From Halorarum halobium (GTDB lineage: Archaea; Halobacteriota; Halobacteria; Halobacteriales; Haloferacaceae), in assembly GCF_032116555.1 (NCBI RefSeq), contig NZ_CP134949.1:2790001-2854000 (forward strand): DNA of 64,000 bases, read 5' to 3'. Of this stretch, positions 60,045-64,000 are shown piece by piece. Each line of letters opens with the position of its first letter. The first letter of the stretch is position 1. Under the pieces are notes generated by a model that ran no database searches, was not told the DNA's origin, and saw nothing but the letters and a program-made list of their open reading frames with translations. The position numbers and the translations under genes were made by a program.

Positions 60045-61056
60045 CCGAAAGCGCCTCCAGCAGCCGGTCGTTCTCCTCGGCCAGCCGGACGGCGACCCGG
60101 ACGTGCGAGTCGAGGTCGCGGAAGGTGGTGGCGTCCCGGAGCGCGATTCCCGAGTCGCGCGAGCGAGCGAGGACCGCCTCGACGTCCCGGTCGCCGACGT
60201 CGAGCAGGAGGAACGGCGCGCGCGAGGGGTGCACCGCGAACCGCTCCGCGAGGGTTGCTCGCAGCCGCTCGCGCTCCGTGCGAACCCGCTCGCGCGTGGC
60301 CGCGACGAAGTCGTCCCGCTCCATGCAGAACGCGCCCGTCGCGAGCGCGGGGGCGCTCACGTTCCAGGGCCGGCGCGCGGCACGCAGCGCCTCAAGCAGT
60401 TCCCCCGTGGCGACCGCAAAGCCCGTGCGGATGCCCGGCAGCCCGAACAGCTTCGTCAGCGAGCGGGCGACGACGACGCCCTCGGTTCCGGCCAGCGAGG
60501 GCAGGTCGGTGAAGCCGAGGAACGCCTCGTCGACGAGCAGCGGCGTCCCGGCCCCACGACAGCGAGCGGCGAACGCCGCGAGCGCGTCCGGGTCGGAGGC
60601 GTTCCCGGTCGGGTTGTTCGGCGTGCAGACGACCGCCAGCGCGTGTCCCGACGGATCGGCATCCAGAATCTCGTCCTGTGGGACGAACGTCGGCTCGCCG
60701 CCCCGGAGGCGCACCTCGCGGGCGTACTCGGCGAAGCTGGGGGCAGGCACCAGCGCGGAGTCGCCCTCCCCGACCGTCAGCGCGACAGTGAGCCGGATCG
60801 CCGCCAGCCCGCCCGGCGTCGGGACGACCCGTTCGGGCGCGCAGTCGACGTACTCCGCGGCGGCCTCCCGGAACGCCGTCGGCGGTTCGGCCGGGTACGA
60901 ACGCGAGCGCTCGAACGCGTCGCGGTAGACCGCCTCGACGCCGTCGGGCGTCCGCGGGTTCGTGTTCGCGCTGAAATCCAGCACGTCGGGGTCGTCGCTG
61001 CTCCCGTGTGGCTCGCGGCCGACCCGGCGGGCCGTCTCACGCCGCACGCGTGCCAC
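60037..61056 (-). CDS. cobD: L-threonine-O-3-phosphate decarboxylase
   Basis: PHG, LDFSANTNP, PNNPTG, VDEAF, RSLTKLFGLPGIR; start may be the GTG at 61047. Confidence 0.88.
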   Translation of the reverse strand: MARVRRETARRVGREPHGSSDDPDVLDFSANTNPRTPDGVEAVYRDAFERSRSYPAEPPTAFREAAAEYVDCAPERVVPTPGGLAAIRLTVALTVGEGDSALVPAPSFAEYAREVRLRGGEPTFVPQDEILDADPSGHALAVVCTPNNPTGNASDPDALAAFAARCRGAGTPLLVDEAFLGFTDLPSLAGTEGVVVARSLTKLFGLPGIRTGFAVATGELLEALRAARRPWNVSAPALATGAFCMERDDFVAATRERVRTERERLRATLAERFAVHPSRAPFLLLDVGDRDVEAVLARSRDSGIALRDATTFRDLDSHVRVAVRLAEENDRLLEALSDV

Positions 61057-61239
61057 CTCCCGTGAGTCGTGCGGGGGGGCGACGCGGCATCGCCGCCGAC
61101 GGGGGAAGGCGTTCGTGACGGTCGACTCGACCGATCATGTGGACACGCCTCCCATTCGCCCCCACCGACTGAAAGCTTGCGTGCGGACGCGCCGGTCCGA
61201 GGAAGGGACGCAGGCGGACGCCGGTCGACGGCACGCGCC

Positions 61240-61818
61240 TCACAGCAGCGCCTCCGCGACGCGGGCGTCCCGGCGACGGTTCACGTTGACCGTGAACCGG
61301 ACGTCGTCGGTCGTGAACGCGTCCTCCTCGTCGCCCGCGGCGACCACGTTGACGCCGGCGGGGAGCAGGTCCCGGTCGCCGTCGGTCAGCCTCGCGTCGA
61401 CGCTCACGCCCAGCGCCCGCTTGGCGGCGACGGGGACGCGGACGGCGAGCGAGTCGCCGGCGAACTCCCGGAGCACGGCGTCGACCGCGTCGCCGTCGAG
61501 CAGCGGGAGGTCCGCGGCGACCGTCAGGACGGGGCGCTCGACCCGCTCGAGGGCGTCCCCGAGGTCGGCGACGTAGCCCTCGCCCGGCGCGTCGATGATC
61601 GAGCAGTCGGCGTCCGCGCCGGCCGCGATCCGGTCGATATGGTCCCGTGTCCGGGGCGCGTGTGGGGAGACGACCGCGTGCGTCGTCTCCACGCGACCGT
61701 CGGCGAGCGCGTCGAGCACCCGGTCGACCATCGGGCGGCCGCCGACCTCGAAGAGGGGCTTTTCCGCGTCGGCGTCGAGGCGGGTCCCGCGCCCGCCACA
61801 CATCACGAGAGCGTCCAC
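61240..61818 (-). CDS. cobY: adenosylcobinamide-phosphate guanylyltransferase
   Basis: MCGGRGTRL, EKPL, GEGYVADL, NVN; start is the GTG at 61818 or the ATG at 61803. Confidence 0.88.
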   Translation of the reverse strand: MDALVMCGGRGTRLDADAEKPLFEVGGRPMVDRVLDALADGRVETTHAVVSPHAPRTRDHIDRIAAGADADCSIIDAPGEGYVADLGDALERVERPVLTVAADLPLLDGDAVDAVLREFAGDSLAVRVPVAAKRALGVSVDARLTDGDRDLLPAGVNVVAAGDEEDAFTTDDVRFTVNVNRRRDARVAEALL

Positions 61819-62549
61819 GCTACCACCCCGACGTGGAGCGCGGCGACCCGCGCGAGTTCGTTCGTCGCCCCGATCACGTCGCCGCTCACCCCGCCCAGCG
61901 TCGCCCGCGCCCACCGGAGGACGAGGAGCGCCACGAGCGGCCCGGTCGCCAGCGTCGCCGCCGCGGGCACGACGCCGGGCCAGGTCAGCAGCGCCGCCGG
62001 CGCGGCGAGCAGGAGGACCGGGACGAGGGAGCGAGCGCTCGCGTGCTCGGAGAGTGCGGAGCCGAGCCCCTCGTGGGTCGCCGAGCCGAGACAGACGACG
62101 GTCGCCATCGCCGCCTTCGCCGCCACCTCGGCGGCGACGACCAGGGGGAGCGCCCTCGCGGGGAGGCCGACGAGGCCGGCGCCCGCGGTGGCGAGCCCGA
62201 GCACGATCACCGCGATCGCGACCGCGCCGCCGACGCCGACGACGGTGTCCCGCATGACCTCGCGCCGCTCCGCGGTGGGGCCGTGGACGACCGCCGCGTC
62301 GCCGAGGTCGGCGACGCCGTCGAAGTGATTGATGCCGGTGACGACCGCGACGCCGACGACGAACAGGAGCGCCGCCGTCGCCGGCGGCACGGGGAGGAGC
62401 AGCGGAAGCGCGACGAGCGGGCCGAGCACGTAGCCGACGAACGGGAAGGCGCTGGGCGTCCGCGCGAACGCCGCCCAGGCCTCGTCGTCGTGGCCGACGG
62501 GGAGCCGGGAGAGGAAGCCGAGCGCGCCCCGGAGCGCGGTCAGAACCAC
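61803..62549 (-). CDS. cobS: adenosylcobinamide-GDP ribazoletransferase (cobalamin synthase)
   Basis: FLSRLP, TGINHFDGVADLGDA, GGVSGDVIGATNE. Confidence 0.92.
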   Translation of the reverse strand: MVLTALRGALGFLSRLPVGHDDEAWAAFARTPSAFPFVGYVLGPLVALPLLLPVPPATAALLFVVGVAVVTGINHFDGVADLGDAAVVHGPTAERREVMRDTVVGVGGAVAIAVIVLGLATAGAGLVGLPARALPLVVAAEVAAKAAMATVVCLGSATHEGLGSALSEHASARSLVPVLLLAAPAALLTWPGVVPAAATLATGPLVALLVLRWARATLGGVSGDVIGATNELARVAALHVGVVAWTLS

Positions 62550-63442
62550 GCGCCCACCCCGGCAAGGATGAACGAGCACAGACCGGCGAGGCCGACGACC
62601 CGGATCCCGCGCCGTGCCCGCGCGGCCGTCGGCAACTCGGCAGCCGGGTGTAGCACGTAGACGCCGGGCTTCTCCAGTCGCACGTCGAGGAGCGTCGCGA
62701 GCGTCGCCATCGGCCACCCCGAGTTGGGCGAGGGCGGGTCGGCCCGCCAGGCGCGCGCGCGAAGGAGGGCACCCGGACGCCGGCCCGCGAGCGCGACGAG
62801 CACCGCGCCGAGCCTCGCCGGAACCCACATGACGACGTCGTCGAGGCGGGCGCTCGCCCAGCCGACCGGCTTCGACCGGTAGCCCAGCATCGAGTCGAGC
62901 GTGTTCACCGCCTTCACCCAGACTGCGGCGGCGACCGCGACCGGGAGCGAGAGCTGTGCGCCGAGCGCGAACGCGAACAGCGGCGCGACGAGGCCGTCGA
63001 CGAGGTTCTCCGCGGCGCTCTCGACGGCCGCGCTCCTGAGCTGGCCGGCCGAGAGCGCCGCGGCGTCCCGCCCGACGAGCGCGCGGACGGCCTCGCGGGC
63101 ACCATCGAGGTCCCCCTCGGTGTCGTCGATCACGTCCACAGCCACCGCGTACAGCATTCGGAGGCTCGTCGCTCCGAACAGCGCGAGCGCGGCGAGCGCC
63201 GCCGCGAACGCGGGGCCGGCGAGCGAAGCGAGCCGGACCGCGCCGCCCGCGACCGCTGCCGCCCCGAGCGGGAGGAACAGCGTCAGGAGCGCGCCGACGA
63301 GTTTCGGTCTCGACCAGCGCCGGTCGAACGGCTCGACCAGCCGGCCGAACAGCGCGACCGGGTGGACGCGGGCCGGGAACTCCGCGAACAGCACGTCGAG
63401 CGCCAGCGCGAGGCCGACCGTCGACGCGGCAGTCAGCCCCAC
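62540..63442 (-). CDS. cbiB: adenosylcobinamide-phosphate synthase
   Basis: HPVALFG, LVGRD, AVESAAENLVDG, VNTLDSMLGY, SPNSGWPMA. Confidence 0.93.
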   Translation of the reverse strand: MGLTAASTVGLALALDVLFAEFPARVHPVALFGRLVEPFDRRWSRPKLVGALLTLFLPLGAAAVAGGAVRLASLAGPAFAAALAALALFGATSLRMLYAVAVDVIDDTEGDLDGAREAVRALVGRDAAALSAGQLRSAAVESAAENLVDGLVAPLFAFALGAQLSLPVAVAAAVWVKAVNTLDSMLGYRSKPVGWASARLDDVVMWVPARLGAVLVALAGRRPGALLRARAWRADPPSPNSGWPMATLATLLDVRLEKPGVYVLHPAAELPTAARARRGIRVVGLAGLCSFILAGVGAWF

Positions 63443-63458
63443 GGTCCCTCCGCGCCCC

Positions 63459-64000
63459 TCATGGCTCGACCGCGGGCGCGTCCGCGAGCAGTCGGTCGTA
63501 CACGGTGACGATCCGCTCGCGGAGGACGGCCATCGGGACCCCCGATTCCGCGACCAGCGCGAGCGCGCCGCCCATCCCGACGCCCTCCTTCGCCTCGCCG
63601 GCGACGTAGGCGTCCGTCGCCGGATGCTCCAGACGATCGAATCCGGGGTCCGTGACGGTGACCTCGAGGTCGAGGTCGGCCGCGAGGTCGCGGATCGCCG
63701 CCGTCGGGTCGGCGGCGACGAACGAGGTGGTGGCGAGTTCGAGCGGCGCGTCGACGCCCGCGTGCCTGGCGAGCGCGGCGGCGGCCGCCAGTTGCGTCCC
63801 CCCGGCGAGCGTCACCGACGTCCCGGATTCCGCCGCGCCGACCGTCAGCCCGGCCACCGCGGCGAGCACCGGGTCGCCGACCTGCCGAACCGCCCCGGCG
63901 GGGTCGCCCGCCGCGTCGCCCTCGGCGAAGCCGCTCGATTCGAGCGCGTCCGCGACGACGTCGCGTTTGAGCGCGAGCGGGTTCTCCGGGAGCGACGAGG
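63459..64000 (-). CDS. cobT: nicotinate-nucleotide--dimethylbenzimidazole phosphoribosyltransferase (5' part outside window)
   Basis: [25 protein letters not shown]. Confidence 0.88.
   Translation of the reverse strand, partial: SSLPENPLALKRDVVADALESSGFAEGDAAGDPAGAVRQVGDPVLAAVAGLTVGAAESGTSVTLAGGTQLAAAAALARHAGVDAPLELATTSFVAADPTAAIRDLAADLDLEVTVTDPGFDRLEHPATDAYVAGEAKEGVGMGGALALVAESGVPMAVLRERIVTVYDRLLADAPAVEP

Overview
High-GC haloarchaeal (Halobacteria-type) chromosomal window, judged from the acidic proteins and from archaeal markers (Gar1, SRP19, pantoate kinase/phosphopantothenate synthetase, CbiZ/CobY). The backbone is housekeeping: dcd, ThiR/ThiN, pok/pps, aspS, GGGP synthase, topA, gatB, gar1, srp19, a btuFCD-like ABC transporter, a PiT-family transporter, a Trm5/TYW2-like methyltransferase, tRNA-Thr(CGT) and a cobamide salvage operon (cobT-cbiB-cobS-cobY-cobD-cbiZ-cbiP). 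Accessory or unexplained elements: (i) a roughly 4.4 kb defence islet between the GGGP synthase gene and topA, with an McrBC-like pair, a DUF433/PIN toxin-antitoxin pair, a zinc-finger microprotein and an orphan gene; (ii) a second toxin-antitoxin pair next to a synonymously diverged duplicate of the aspS 3' end; (iii) three copies of a roughly 120-bp intergenic element whose stems show compensatory changes, one inside a 548-bp composite with terminal inverted repeats; (iv) a four-gene operon of very acidic unknown proteins, two with glycine zippers; (v) a tetrapeptide-repeat membrane protein coupled to the PiT gene; (vi) several candidate operators; (vii) two single-base frameshifts. No CRISPR array, rRNA, transposase or integrase was seen. 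All family assignments come from motif recognition by eye, not database searches.
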